Positions 1 through 14,139 of a stretch of DNA of 64,000 bases are shown in pieces (position 1 is the first letter of the stretch; each line of letters begins with the position of its first letter). The position numbers were made by a program, and so were the translations under genes. The DNA comes from Octopus vulgaris (taxonomy: Eukaryota): NCBI GenBank assembly GCA_951406725.2, contig OX597822.1, positions 25,420,001 through 25,484,000 of the forward strand. The letters run 5' to 3'. The notes beneath the pieces are model-generated. The model was not told the origin of the DNA. It saw nothing but the letters and a program-made list of their open reading frames with translations, and did no database searches.

Positions 1-710
1 AAAAACATGTAATGAAAAGAAATATTACAAGTAACTGCAGAATATGTGGAGATGGACAAGAAACAATAAATCATATTATCTCTAGCTGCCCAGTCCTGGC
101 TAAGAAGGAATATATTCACAGACATGACAGAGTTGGAACCTACATACATTGGAAGCTATGCCAACATTATGGAATAACAACAGAAAAAATATGGTATAGG
201 CACACACCAGAAAAGGTCATAGAAAACGAGAAAGCAACCATACTCTGGGATATGCCGATACACACAGATAGAGAAATTAAGGTCAACAGACCAGATATAG
301 TTGTCAGAGATCATGAAGAAAAAAATGCTTTCTAATTGATGTATCAATACCGGCTGATGATAACGTGTCTCTAAAAGAAATGGAGAAACTCTCAAAATAC
401 AAAGACCTGGAAATAGAGGTAAGTAGAATGTGGAATCTGAAAACAGAAACAATTCCTATCATAGTAGGTGCATTAGGCATGATAAAAAAATATTCAGACA
501 AATACATAACAAAAACACCAGGACTTACAAACACAAACACAAACACAACATACAGAAAATTGCACTACTAGGCACTGCACACATCCTACGCAGAACACTT
601 TCCATACAATAACCATCAGAGCATCACAACAAATCACAGCACATACCCAAGGCACACAGAGCTGCGCTCGGTAGTGAAGTGAAAGCACGCTATAAAAATA
701 AAACTACTGA
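1..710 (+). mobile_element. 3' remnant of RLE-type non-LTR retrotransposon (R4/Dong-like), frameshifted
   Basis: Translation across frames gives the CCHC knuckle CRICG..ETINHIISSC, RHDRV, the PD-(D/E)xK nuclease RPDIVV..LIDVS..EKLSKY and C-terminal PIIVGALG..QKIALLGTAHILRRTL* (stop 612). A short 3' UTR runs into (TAA)n. Confidence 0.88.
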
Positions 711-731
711 ATAATAATAATAATAATAATG

Positions 732-803
<72 letters not shown>

Positions 804-886
804 GTGATAATAATGATAGTAATAGGAAGAAGGAGGAGGAGAAGAAGAAGAAGAAGAAGAAGAAGAAGAAGAAGAAGAAGAAGAAG

Positions 887-926
<40 letters not shown>

Positions 927-980
927 GCAGCAACAACAGCAACAAAGAAAAGATGAATCATGACAACAACAGCAACAAAA
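711..980. repeat. Compound trinucleotide microsatellite (TAA)n-(GAA)n-(CAA)n
   Basis: Seen directly. Confidence 0.97.
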
Positions 981-1756
981 ATTTGTTGCCTAGCGTTCAT
1001 GAGCTCGGGTAACATTCGCCTTCAACAAGCAAGTGACAAATTAAATAATATTTGTTGAACTCCAATTGTCGCAATTTCTCATAACAAAACTGCAACGCTA
1101 TCCCCGCTCCCTCCCCCCTACGTTACAGTTTGTGTATTGCCATATGTTGCGAGCGCGGAAAAGTCTGTTTACTAGACGCTCGACATTGGAACCGTTCATA
1201 CAAATGAGTTCATTGACTGCATGCCTTTTTACTATAGTTACAATAATTTGCATCTGTTATAACATGCATATTACTGCAACTAGACACCCAGGCACCCCGG
1301 GGTAACTCCGAGTACTCTGCGGTCTTAAGGTCTCGGTTTCAGGGATTTGTGAATTTTAGTGTCAAAGCAGGAAGCTGTGCCATGCATATTTATGGTCGAA
1401 ACATAATGTTGCTTTTGGCTTTTAACTTTGTTGTTATGTCGTTGCTGTTTCTATTCATCAAATATGTGTCTTTCTACGCACACATACACAAACACACACT
1501 AAATACATTTAATCTTTATGCATGCATAAATCTTCGCTTCTAGTTTTCTCTGCCTCCCTCTCTCTCTCTCTCTCCCTTTTCTCCTTTTATATATTATGCC
1601 TGTACACACACACACATACCCAATTAATAATAGGAAGACAGGAAATTCTTTAACACATCTTTAACGACTCCTTACAATTGTTTCTGTACCAAATCTACTA
1701 GCGACGCCAGCTTGAGAGCTTGGGTATATATGCATTCCAAAATGTAACTAAATGTG

Positions 1757-1924
1757 GATTGTTGGCGATATTTTTACTCCGTCTTCCTTCTCTCTTGGAT
1801 TTTCCTCTCCTGTTTCTGAAGAAGAGCTTTGCTCGAAACGTAAAACGCTCTTTCTTTCCTTCCCTGAGAGTATCATTAATACTTTGCATGTACCAGTCTT
1901 TGCGATGTTGTTTTTGGATTAACT
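1757..1924 (+). mobile_element. Short hammerhead-bearing repeat (Penelope-like pLTR/non-autonomous element), family H copy 1
   Basis: Homologous to 23600-23802 (+) and 53196-53405 (-). Ends GGATTAAC directly into (TA)n. Confidence 0.65.
1812..1846 (+). ncRNA. Minimal type-I hammerhead ribozyme motif
   Basis: GTTT-CTGAAGA-A-GAGC(TTT)GCTC-GAAA-CG-TA-AAAC: helix I GTTT/AAAC, helix II GAGC/GCTC, palindromic helix III ACGT, GUA triplet. Confidence 0.65.
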
Positions 1925-2045
1925 ATATATATATATATATGAATAAATGAAAGAATGGAGTCGAACGAAGATGTTAACAAAACTCCTTTACTCTCGACAC
2001 ATTCGGTTAAACGAATTTTCCATGCTAGGATAATTCATTCACCTA

Positions 2046-2094
<49 letters not shown>

Positions 2095-2097
<3 letters not shown>

Positions 2098-2312
2098 CAA
2101 GATAAGAAAATGGAGAAATACATCTGAATCAAATATCAATTACCAGATAATACTTAATCACATACTTTATTAAACCACCACATAAGAGACTGTAGGGTTA
2201 AATATAAAAAGCAGAACAAATCAGTTTGGTGGTTTAATAAAGTATGTGATTGAGTATTATCTGGTAATTGATATTTGATTTAGATGTATTTCTCCATTTT
2301 CTTATCTTGTAT
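2095..2312. repeat. 86-bp inverted repeat with ~46-bp spacer, between (TA)n tracts
   Basis: Arms 2095-2180 and 2227-2312, about 2 mismatches. Confidence 0.92.
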
Positions 2313-2477
2313 TTGTAATTTGTGGTAAATCTTTTTACCTTTGCTCATATAATACAGTAAATGAATTGATTGCATCGCAATCATTAACATTTATGTATCA
2401 ACTTTGTTGGTTACTTCACTAGCAGTATATTGGATATATGTTATCCCATGGAGGGTTGCATTTACAATCTCAATTTG

Positions 2478-3049
<572 letters not shown>

Positions 3050-3299
3050 AACACCTTCCTCGCTGCAGTTGTTTTCCTTCCAGCACACGATCTCAGATCA
3101 AATCACTATATATACATACGTATACACAAGCATATGCACGAATGTATACATGTATGTGTGTGTATAAACACACAAGCATACACTGACACACATATACGTA
3201 CAGACGCACGCCCTCACATTAAGCGCACGCACATACGCGCACACGTACACACACACAAAGTAGATAGCTTAGAGTAACTTAGATATGTTTGGGCTAGAG

Positions 3300-3670
3300 A
3301 TTGGCCCAACCAATAGCGAACTTAATAGGACCACCTGTTAAGTCCCATTTATGTCATGTTTTGTGGTACCATGACCAGTCAAGTAGGGACTGATATGTGT
3401 CCGGCAATAGGTGGCATATCCGGTATCCCCTCAATAAATTTATCCGGGCATCGTTTAAGATGATGGGATCTTTCTTTGATTTGTTTTGGAGAAATTTAAA
3501 ATAGAGCAGGAGTCTCTTGAGGAAAAGTAATTATGCTGCAGAGAATTTATGCGTTGTGAGCCTGAATTGTGTAGGAGGGGTACTGCACCTGATCCCAGTA
3601 TTAGATGAATTCTGAATCTGGTGTTAAGGTCGTTTGGGCAATGCCGATGTCTAGTCTTTTTCAATTTCAG
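3300..3670 (-). mobile_element. CR1-group LINE RT C-terminal/3' remnant
   Basis: Minus-strand fragments HCPND..LQHNYFSS..PALF..PKQIKE..KR..DKFIEGIPDMP, similar to 48170-48370. Confidence 0.55.
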
Positions 3671-4336
3671 TTCATGTTTTTTTTATTATTTCGTTTCTTT
3701 GCCTCCATTTTATTTGACTCTGGCACACTATTCTATCCTAAATCCGTTGAAAAGTTTCGTAGCTGAAAAATGTGAACTCTCCCAGTAGAGATTCTATATG
3801 ATCTTGAAAGTGCTAAATTTATTTAGCACTTTCAGGATACCATCTGGACAAAAGACGGCAATAAAGGTAGTATTAACATACTGTAATGAAGAAAATACAA
3901 TATTATCCAATGGCTAATATTATCTACAATATTATAATGCTTATCACGGCATGCATTTCAATGTTATACTCTTAAAGGGAAATAATTGATATTCTCTTCT
4001 GTTTAAGTGAGACAGACTGTCATTAGGATAGCAAATATAGGCTGAAGCAGTTATAGATGTTGTGGAGGGGAATCAATTTAATCAGTTGGAAACATTGAAA
4101 GAGCTCCTCTGCCACGACCGCAATCCAATGACTGAAACCAGCACCATTGAAGCCCTACATCCCTCCCGCCAAAAAGCACAAAAACAAAAATAAGAAATAA
4201 AAGAACGTGTATACATGTAATATTATATGAATACATGTATGTATATGTACATAAATGAAAATAAATACACGTATGTGTGAAAGGTGCGCACGCATGTGTA
4301 TGTATGCATATGCATGTATCATTATATATATTTATC

Positions 4337-4667
4337 AAGGCGGTGAGCTGGCAGCAGCATTAATTCCGCTGTCGTCGACTTTGCCTTTCATCCTTTCGGA
4401 GTCGATAAATTAAGTACCAGTTACGCACTGGAGTCGATGTAATCGACTTAATCCCTTTGTCTATCCTTGTTTGTGTAGCACCTTGTGGTAGTAAAGAAAT
4501 AGGTATTTTGTCTATCTTTACGTTCTGAGTTCAAATTCTGCTGAGGTCGACTTTGCCTTTCATCTTTTCGGGGTCGATAAATTAGGTACCAGTTGTGTAC
4601 CGGGGTAGATCTAACGACTAACACCCTTCCTCAAAATTTCAGGCTTTTGTGCCTAGAGTAGAAAAGA
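4337..4667 (+). mobile_element. SINE family B (Meta/MESC-like central domain), dimeric
   Basis: Two units with GTCGACTTTGCCTTTCATC(C/T)TTTCGG(A/G)GTCGATAAATTA(A/G)GTACCAG. Head GGCGGTGAGCTGGCAG. Confidence 0.8.
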
Positions 4668-4721
4668 ATATATATATTTATATTCTTTTATATGAAAATA
4701 TGCACGTTTATACATACATAG

Positions 4722-4764
<43 letters not shown>

Positions 4765-5116
4765 AGCATAAGCCTATATGTATATTTATATATATATGTG
4801 TATCTATCATCTATCTATCTATCTATCTATCTATCTGTCTATCCATCCATCTATTTATCTATCTATCAATCTATATATATATATATATATCTGCGTAGGG
4901 AGAGAGAGAGAGAGAGAGAGAGAAAGGGAGAGAGAGAGATATGAAGTATTTATGCATGTGTGTATACAGAGACATATACACACGGAGACACATATCTTTT
5001 TTGTAAATATATACATATGCAACCACGTTTTTACATATATGTATGTATACTTATACATACACAAACACACACAACACACTCACACACTCACACTCCCCCG
5101 CATATATATGTGCATA

Positions 5117-5168
<52 letters not shown>

Positions 5169-5496
5169 TACATTCAAGTATGTGTTTATATATGTATATT
5201 TTTTTTTAAGGATTCTCCGCTTACAAATATGGCGACAGTTTTCCGTGTCACTTCTAGTATATTCTGGCCATTTATAATAATGTTTATGCTTCTGCATATT
5301 TGCTTGGATTACATATTAGAATTTCTGCAGCAAATTAGAAATGGCCATTCGATCTATCTTTATCTGTAAATGCAAATTTCATTTTATGAACCTACTTTAA
5401 TGGTTTCTTATTTTCGAGTCGTTGCTCGAGAACGAGGGACATTAAACACATAATCTATTTAACTAATATACATGTACGCGCACGCAGAACTACACA

Positions 5497-5557
<61 letters not shown>

Positions 5558-5763
5558 ACACAAACACACATACATACTTACACACACATGCACAGGTATT
5601 GGTGCGAAGCTACGTCCATGCTTATTTACACGACATGTTATATGTGTGTGTGTGTGTGCGTGCGTGTGCGTGCGTGTGTGTGTGTATATATATATGTTTA
5701 TAAATGCATATATGTTATCTGAATATATGTGCTTTAAAGATGTTTCTCCATGTGTCAAGTTGC

Positions 5764-5836
<73 letters not shown>

Positions 5837-6247
5837 CATATATATACCTGTATATATACATATATATATATATATGTATGTATACATGTATGTATGTATG
5901 TATGTATGTGTGTGTGTCTGTGTATGTATGTATGTATGTATGTATGTATGTATGTATGTATGTATGTATGTATGTATGTATGTATAAGACAAGAACTAAA
6001 ATGAAGACATCAAAAAGACATAAGTTTAATGATAGCTGAGCTTCCAAACCATACACAAATACACACAAGTCTTGTGTCATTCATCAAGAATAATAATTTA
6101 TAGAAAATGTGGTTCGAAGTGGAATGGCAATGAAATAATTGTAAACCGAGTTAAATTAATTATATATTGATGTCTTCATCGTCTTCGTTTTATAAAATAT
6201 ATGCATAGACAGATGTACTAGATTCATTCTTCGTTTTCTTATTTGGA

Positions 6248-6278
<31 letters not shown>

Positions 6279-6580
6279 TGTTATGGCGAGAATCATGACA
6301 CCCACTTTGAGAATAGACTAGCCGAACTCGTATAAGTAGCTTTTACTGTTTTACTGGGAGCGTGAGATGAGAAATCGCAGGAAGTCGGAAGATGTCGTTC
6401 TTGAGTAAGTGGAGTTTCAGGAAATTGTTGAGAAGTTGTTTTGGATTGATTCCAGTTGTTGGTTGAGTATTTAGGAATACATTAAGTGGAGACAGTTGGT
6501 GTCTACCCCGTTCCTTGGTATTGTATTTGACACTACTATTAGTGCACGACATAGCAGATATGTACAGAAACCACGTTATA
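6279..6580 (+). mobile_element. 5' LTR of Ty3/gypsy element
   Basis: Starts TG after a (TA)n tract and is followed by PBS-like TGGCGACG (6585-6592), then gag. Its 3' 90 bp recur at 29263-29353. Confidence 0.6.
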
Positions 6581-9265
6581 AAAGTGGCGACGTGTGATTC
6601 GAAGCTTACGTTGGTCATTTGAAGCTCACGTTGGTGATACAAAAAATTCGTTAATTATAGAAGACTTGTTAGCTAACATATTACAGCTGCAAAAGCAACG
6701 GCAACAGCAGCAACAGGAGTTGCACCAGCAACTCTAGCAGCAACAACGAAAACACAATCAGTTGCTGGAACTGATGTTGAAGTCAGGAAACACCGCAAGT
6801 TCGTTATCGCCAGACGGAGTAATAATGCTTTAACTGAATTTAGTTATAACCCAGAAGAGGGTATAACTTTATCGGAGTACTTCAGAAGATACGAAGAAAA
6901 CTTCAAGGAAGAATGCAAGTATTGGACAGACGATGAAAAAGTGAGACAGAAACTAAGTTCTTGAGAACATGAAAAATACTGCAATTTTATCTCGTCTAAA
7001 AAAAAAAAACAAGTGAAATTTGTTTCGAGGAAACAACTGAATTGCTATCCAAAATGTTCAACGATAAGAGTTCCCTGTTTAACACTCGCTAGGAGGATTT
7101 GAACTTAGCAAAAGAAGAGGACGAAAATTTTGTCATTCATTCTGGAATCGTAAATAAATTGTACGAAAAGTTTTAACTGAAGGAGTTCTCTCCGCACATA
7201 TTTAAATGCCTCTTCTTCATGCAAGGTTTGACGGCAAACAAAGATGCAGAAATACCTGCTCGGTTTCTTACAAAGCAGGCAGTAGCAGAAGAATGTCAAA
7301 GAATTATCAACTTGCGACAGGACGTAAAGAAAATTGAAAATATATTTCTCTCGAGTACAGACATATTGAATGAGAGTAAATAAAGAAAAAAGAATGTTAC
7401 GACCAAAACCATGCTATGATGTGGGGGTCTGCATCTTATGAAAGACTGTCCATTTAAAACTGAGAAATGTTTTAATTCACAAAAAATAGCACGTAAATGC
7501 TCGTACTGCATAGCGAAGCAAAAAAGGTCAGCAAAATATTCTTCTAAAAAGGTTTGCTCTACAGGCAAACCTTTTTTGGAAAAGCGTAACGACACCACAA
7601 AAAGAAAGTATGTATATATAAAGATAAACGACGCGAACGGGAAACTACAACTTTGCACAGGTAGCGACATTACAATTATTGATACCAACAGGTGGAAGAA
7701 ATTTGGGAAACCTACATTAAAGAAAACATCGATAAGTGCGTGATGCAGCATAGGTGAAAGATTACACTTCATAGGCGAATTGGTAAGCAGCATTACATTT
7801 CGCGTTAAAGCCTGTAAAGCAAAGGTGCTTGTTTAAAGAAATGCAACAAACTTGTTCGGCACTGACTGGCTGGAGTTGTTTGTTTTGTGGGACCTGCTCA
7901 CAAATCTGTTCTGTAAAAACAATGGATTGCTCCTCCAATAAGAATAATGCTTTTCTTAAAGTGCTGTCGGATAAATTTGGTTTGTGTACTAAGACAGAGG
8001 CATGTTTCCAAATTAAGGAAAACGCAATACCAGAGTTCAAACCAAAACGAACGGTACCTTTTGCTCCGATAAAGCATGTCGATGAAAATTTCGATAGATT
8101 AGAGAAAATTAGTCATTCAAAAATGGAATATGCAAAATGGACAGCTCCAACGTTGTGTATTAAAAAAAAGAATAACAAAATCAGAGCGTGTGTTGATTTT
8201 TCTGCTGGCTTGAATGAATGCCTGAAAACGTGTTACTATCCGCTACCTACTTCGGAGGATATTTACGAAGTTATTTTCGAAACTGGATCTCTCCGATGAG
8301 TACCTACGAATTAGAGCAAACGAGAAATGTCCAAAATACCAAACACTGAATACACATAAAAGACTATATAAATATAATAAATTACCATTTGATCTAAAGG
8401 TCGCACTTGCAATTTTTCAACAGATGCAATGTTAGCGAACTGTGAATTCGCAATTCCACACCTAGATGATATATTATTTAAAAGTATATCTCATGATCAG
8501 CATGTTGAGCATGTATAATGTGTTTATTAAAAAATGAGAGATTACAGTTTCACACTGAGTCAGGAAAGATACGAATTTCTCTTTCTTAAAATTAAGTATT
8601 TAGGACAAATTATTGACAGGAATGGACGACGACCGGACTCGTCGAGGGCAGAGGCAATTAAAAATATGCCTCCTCTGACTACAAGGTTTTCTAGGTCTAG
8701 CGAATTATTATCAAAATTATATACCAAATATACATGAATAGAGCTCCAATAATAGTTTTCTGAAAAGGGATGTGAAGTGGAATCGGAAAAATAATTGTCA
8801 AAAGGCGTTTGACTATATTAACAAAAAAAACAAACATTTATATCGGATTTGTCGCTGGCTGACTTCAATCCTACATCGGCGATTATTGTAGCTTCTTACG
8901 ATTCTGAATATGGCATAGGAGCAGTAATACTAAACAAATATAAAGACAGTAATTTGAAGTCGGTAGTCCATGCCTCACGTTCTCTGATATTTCACAGATA
9001 ATTCACAGATTTTTTCCTCGGTAGAAGTTTACGGCTACAAACTGCACACAGACCATTATTACCAATGAAGAAAGGAATTCCGACCCATACTGCAAATAGG
9101 TTACGGCACCGGGGTACGATATTGTTGAATTACGACTTACAGATGGAGGTATACCATCCAAGAGCTTAAGCCATGCAGATTATTTATCAAGGCTTTTTCC
9201 AAAAAATACGGTACTATTAGAAGATACCGTGATTGCCGCTTTGCGAGCAAAACATGAATTTAAAA
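6279..9265 (+). mobile_element. Degraded Ty3/gypsy (K02A2.6/Mag-like) LTR retrotransposon, truncated before integrase
   Basis: gag EFSYNPEEGITLSEYFRRYE..WTDDEKVR; protease-like LCTGSDITII; RT FKPKRTVPFA..WTAP..KIRACVDFSAGLN..YPLP, (H)LDD at ~8460, IKYLGQIIDRNGRRPD; RNase H SEYGIGAVI..QTAHRPLL. Many stops and frameshifts. Confidence 0.9.
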
Positions 9266-9269
9266 GCAT

Positions 9270-10060
9270 CTTCCCACTCTCTGACTTTAAACCGATTTAC
9301 GGTACGTCACTGTGCGGCGTATCGTAACTTGGATTGCCTCGGACGGAGTATTCAACTTTACAGCTAGTTCATCTCTCTCGACTAGCTATCTAGCATATTT
9401 CAGTTCTTCTTCGGAGAATCGTATTCTCTGAAGAGATGACTTGGCTACTCCCGCGAAAGAAAGCTTTGAAAGGTTGTTCCAAGCCATTGCACCGGTTTGT
9501 GTCTTATCTCCATTGTTTTTGTTGTTGTTGCTTGTGTTGCTGCCGTTGTTGGTTTTGTTGTTGCTGTTATTGTTGTTATTTGTAGTTAACGCATCCGCTG
9601 CCTCGCTCACAGAAGGGCTTTTCCCGCTTAGATTTTCGAAATTAATGGCTTCACTTCGAATAATGTTATTAAAAACAGAGCCTTTGCTTTTCAAAAGACC
9701 TGATGAGTGATCCTTCTTGAAAAAAGTGGCTCTGTTGTCCTTTTTGTTCGTCTTTTGGGAGAAAAATGCAACTATCGTCTGCTTTGTTTTTCAGACTGAA
9801 GTCGTTTCGCACGCGTGCACTCTCTCTCTTTCTCATTGGCATTTGGTGACGCTCCTCACTTTCTACCTCTCTCACACATAGCGTCACCGTGGTTTGAGTT
9901 TTCTCCATGTTGGTGGGGAAAGCGCACACAACTTTGATTAAAAAAACAAAACAATTGACCTGCACCCCAAAACTGGGGGACAAAACAGGAACATAAACTC
10001 ACCACTCGACAGCAAATAAGTAGTTCTCCACGATGGTATAAACTGAAGGTTGTAAATAAA
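9270..10060 (-). mobile_element. Probable 5' UTR plus ORF1 N-terminus of a LINE, abutting the gypsy truncation
   Basis: Minus ORF 9386-9694 with an Asn-rich linker and an LSFAGVA motif reminiscent of LINE ORF1 'SYA' motifs. GC-richer than flanks. Family not recognised. Confidence 0.35.
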
Positions 10061-10152
10061 AAGATTTTGTGTTTTTTCCTTATGAAATCTACGGAGCTAG
10101 GTCAAGCGTGGCTTGCTAGGCTAACGGTCATAATAATAATAATAACAATAAC

Positions 10153-10190
<38 letters not shown>

Positions 10191-10947
10191 TCATAATAAT
10201 ATTAATAACAATAGGATTAAGCATTGAGAGGGAGGAAATGCCGTCTCACAGTGAAGTATCACTGATGGCAGATACGAAACATTTATTTTACCGTTACGAC
10301 CGTACAATAGATCGCGGATAGTTATGATTCGGAAGAATATTATAAAAGCATGCAGCAGCTGGACGTTTCTATGAGTGTTTTTGTAAGATTTATTTGGTTG
10401 GCGATTTTCTGCAATGAGTTAAAGATAAGATTGTAGTAGTTTTATCTCCTAATTCTACTTATATGTCGCACTTTTATAGAATAGAAATGTTCAGAATAAT
10501 TCACCGCAGAATATGATCCGATATTCTATTAAATAGGTATAGGTATAAATAACATTGCCGAGAATAAAGGTTGACTGTTTGTGATCTTTATAGTTTATAA
10601 ACAACTGGAGGGAATGTTTAGCCAATAAAGATATAGGGAATACAATGGTTGAATCGAAGGACAGACTGGCCATTAGAAAGAGAAACAAAAGGAAAGATTC
10701 CAATATGGAATTGAGGAAGAAATGTGCGTACGTATTATGTATATATTATTCATGTATGTATGTATGTATGTATGTATGTATGTATGTATGTATGTATGTA
10801 TGTATGTATGTATGTATTTGTGTGTGTATGTATGTGTATATATATATATGTATGTGCATCTATCTATCTACATAAATACAAATATGTATGTATGTACACA
10901 TACTCACACACATATACATATTTGTATTTATGTAGATAGGTAGATGC

Positions 10948-10992
<45 letters not shown>

Positions 10993-11045
10993 TACACACG
11001 CATACATACACACACACACACACATATATATATATACACACACAG

Positions 11046-11158
<113 letters not shown>

Positions 11159-11581
11159 TACATATATATATAACAAAACAGAAATGTGAAAAATTATTAA
11201 CCAAATATAATTATCGGGTTATTTAAGAGTAAAAAAAATCAATATAAATATCGAAATTTATTGTAAACTAAAGGAGGTTGGCATCTGACAATTTGAATAA
11301 GAACTAAAGAAGATTGATAGTTTTTCAACATTTTCTACCTCCTTCACATTTTATAAGTACGTTCGTAAGCTTCCCTTTTCTAAGATCAACATCAGCATAC
11401 GAGTGATAATGGCTGATCACCACTGTAAGGAATCTTACTGCCCTTCTTAGAAGCTTGTCTTCCATTTACATTGTCCATTCACCATTCACTGTTATTTGTA
11501 TCGATCTGATGATTTACTGATTTGCTTCTCTCACTGACCCATTGTCAGCAGTGCCTTCTTACAATCGGCTTAGGAGGTTTA

Positions 11582-11970
11582 TTAAATGTTTTTCAAATGA
11601 TTGTCCCTTTTAATTCCTTCTCCGTTTTTCCAAAGAGTTCGAATTAGTCCGGTAAAATCGCGGAAGTACATGGACTGAAGTTGACGGTAATCCGTCTTAG
11701 TAGGAAAGCACGTCTCTTGGACAGGTGGAGTGTCCTTGAAAGGCTTCCGAGTCGAGTTTACCGATTGCGGTTGTGAAGAAATATGGCGTGACAAACGAAC
11801 TGACTTTATCAAAGAAATTTCAATGTTCTCCATAAACCAGTGAATCAAGTTCGGTCCAGTATTCTTGGACGACAACTTTGTGTACTTGCACGGAAATTTT
11901 GTTGAATAACTAAGCAAGTAATCCCTAGATTTATCGAAAAAACGTTTTTCTCGTGTTCTTACAATAAAAC
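11582..11970 (-). CDS. Candidate terminal coding exon of an unknown gene (~128 codons)
   Basis: Non-repetitive open frame, T-rich tract plus AG acceptor at 11971-11972, tandem TAA TAA stop, AATAAA (minus) at 11257-11262. No recognisable domain. Confidence 0.3.
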
Positions 11971-12153
11971 CTACCAAACAACTTTAAAAACCAAAATGCT
12001 ATTTCATTTGCATGTCTATCTGTCGATTTTTTCCCTCTCCTCTTAGGTTTGTTTATATGTAAATCCGTTCATGTATGTATGTATATATGTATGTATGTGT
12101 GTATGTATGCATGCATGTATGTATGTACGTATGAGTGTGTGTGTGTCTGTCTA

Positions 12154-12184
<31 letters not shown>

Positions 12185-12231
12185 GTGTATGTATGTATCT
12201 ATTTATCTATTTATCTATCTATCTATCTATT

Positions 12232-12296
<65 letters not shown>

Positions 12297-12314
12297 CTTT
12301 TCCCCCTATCTATA

Positions 12315-12350
<36 letters not shown>

Positions 12351-12730
12351 AATCGATTGATCGATCGATCGCGTGATCCATGTGTGCATATTTGTATTTG
12401 TCTCTGTCATTGTGCCAGTCTGTTTGTCTGTTTGTCTGCCTGTCTATCTGTCTGCTTACCACTTAATTTAAGAAATGCATTTTACTATTATATATGGCAT
12501 ATCAATATGTATATTCTAATGTACACATTCGTTATGCGTTTATGTGTGTGTGTGTGTGTGTGAATGTATATAGTCTCGTTATTATAAAACTGTTATTTGA
12601 GAGAATTGTTTATTCCGAGTTTTTTAAAGCTGCTTTTAAAAGCAGCATGTCACAATTGATTATCATTATCATTAAATCGGTCTTCGAAAACGAAGCTAAT
12701 GATGGGTTTACAGCAATTATCACTAAAATA

Positions 12731-13296
12731 TTGGGTTGTCCGGAAAGTTCGTGCCGATCTATAGTAGCTTACATTTCGACTTATTTTAGAACATGGTTGA
12801 GACCATAAAATAGGATTTGACTACACCTCCATTTAGAGCACAGTTTAAGCTATCTTTTCGCGGAAGAAGGTTTATGTTCCTATAACCTGTGTTAATTCTG
12901 TAACACTTTAAAATGGAAGATAAGAAAATTCATTTTCGGCACTTGATGCTTTGGGAACCAAACAAAAATTGCTGCAGCTCGGCTGGGATGTGTTACCTCA
13001 CCCTCCATATTCACCAGATATTGCTCCTTCGGATTTGCACTTGTTCAAGTCTCTGCAGAATAGTGTTAATGGTAAAAATTTCAATTCCTTAGATGACGTA
13101 AAAAGATACCTTGATGAATTCTTTGCCATGAAACCACCTCACTTCTGGAAAGAGGGTATTTTCAAGTTAAAGGAAAGATGGAGACACACTGTGCAACAAA
13201 ATGGTTGATATTTGGCTGATTAAGAATGTAATGGCAAGTATTTATTGACGTTTTTCTTTCCTTTAAAAATCGGCACGAACTTTCCGGACAACCCAA
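12731..13296 (+). mobile_element. Internally deleted mariner (DD34D), 566 bp
   Basis: 28-bp TIRs TTGGGTTGTCCGGAAAGTTCGTGCCGAT with TA on both sides. MEDKKIHFRHLMLW is joined to TKQKLLQLGWDVLPHPPYSPDIAPSDLHLF..GIFKLKERW. Confidence 0.96.
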
Positions 13297-14096
13297 TATA
13301 TTTTTTAAGTGTATCTCTACAGCTTTTCTATAGAACTTAGAGCCATCACTGAAAGTTACGACGTTTCATATGCGAAAACGTCTAATTAAACAATACAGTC
13401 GAAGACAGGAAATTGGGTGTGTATATACATATTTCAGTAGTTCTTGCTCTTTCTTCAGAACCACTTTTCGTACAACCCAATACAAGCAAATAAGCAAAAA
13501 TAATCACAAAAAAACATAAAAAACAACAAATATTGTTTCCAAAATTAGCTACGCGTTGTTTTCATACATCATCTTGATCCCAGACGGTTCATTGGCGATA
13601 TTTCCTTGGGTCTGAGGATGTTTATAGGTATGCGGGTATTTTGTAAATACCTCTCGGAGTGACAAAAATCGATTCCATGTGAGAATGCGATAGTTACGGG
13701 CTACCGTTTCGTAAGGCATAATACCTGTTCAGCCACCCTGCCAGGGATGCGGCGAAGTCGTGGGTCTGCAACATGGCGGATTGTGAACCAGCTTTAGAAG
13801 AGCTCAACCGATCTGGCGGTGCTTCGTACACTGATGTTGATCGGAGGAATCTTAGATCAACGGTCAGGCTTACCAAGCTTTATCAAGCGAATAACTGCAA
13901 TGCATCCATAAGGGGTTTGTGTCATAATTAATCTTTCATTAGCTGATTATACATCCACGAAAACATCCTATGAGTGCGAGTAAATCGGAACTTCGAATTC
14001 ACAATCACGTAAGGCGAATTGGTGGAATCGTCAGCATGCTGGGCAAAATGCGGCGCAGTAATTCGTCCCAAAATTTCAAATCATTACGTGCGCGCG

Positions 14097-14133
<37 letters not shown>

Positions 14134-14139
14134 GGTATA

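Noticed and set aside
10250-10290. GTATC/GATAC-GAAAC hammerhead-like half
   Set aside because: Upstream CUGANGA core is absent.
13773-13931. 52-aa ORF with good Kozak context (MADCEPALEEL..)
   Set aside because: Short with no homology recognised; the adjacent sequence shares a motif with the Helitron at 14580, so it is probably TE-derived.
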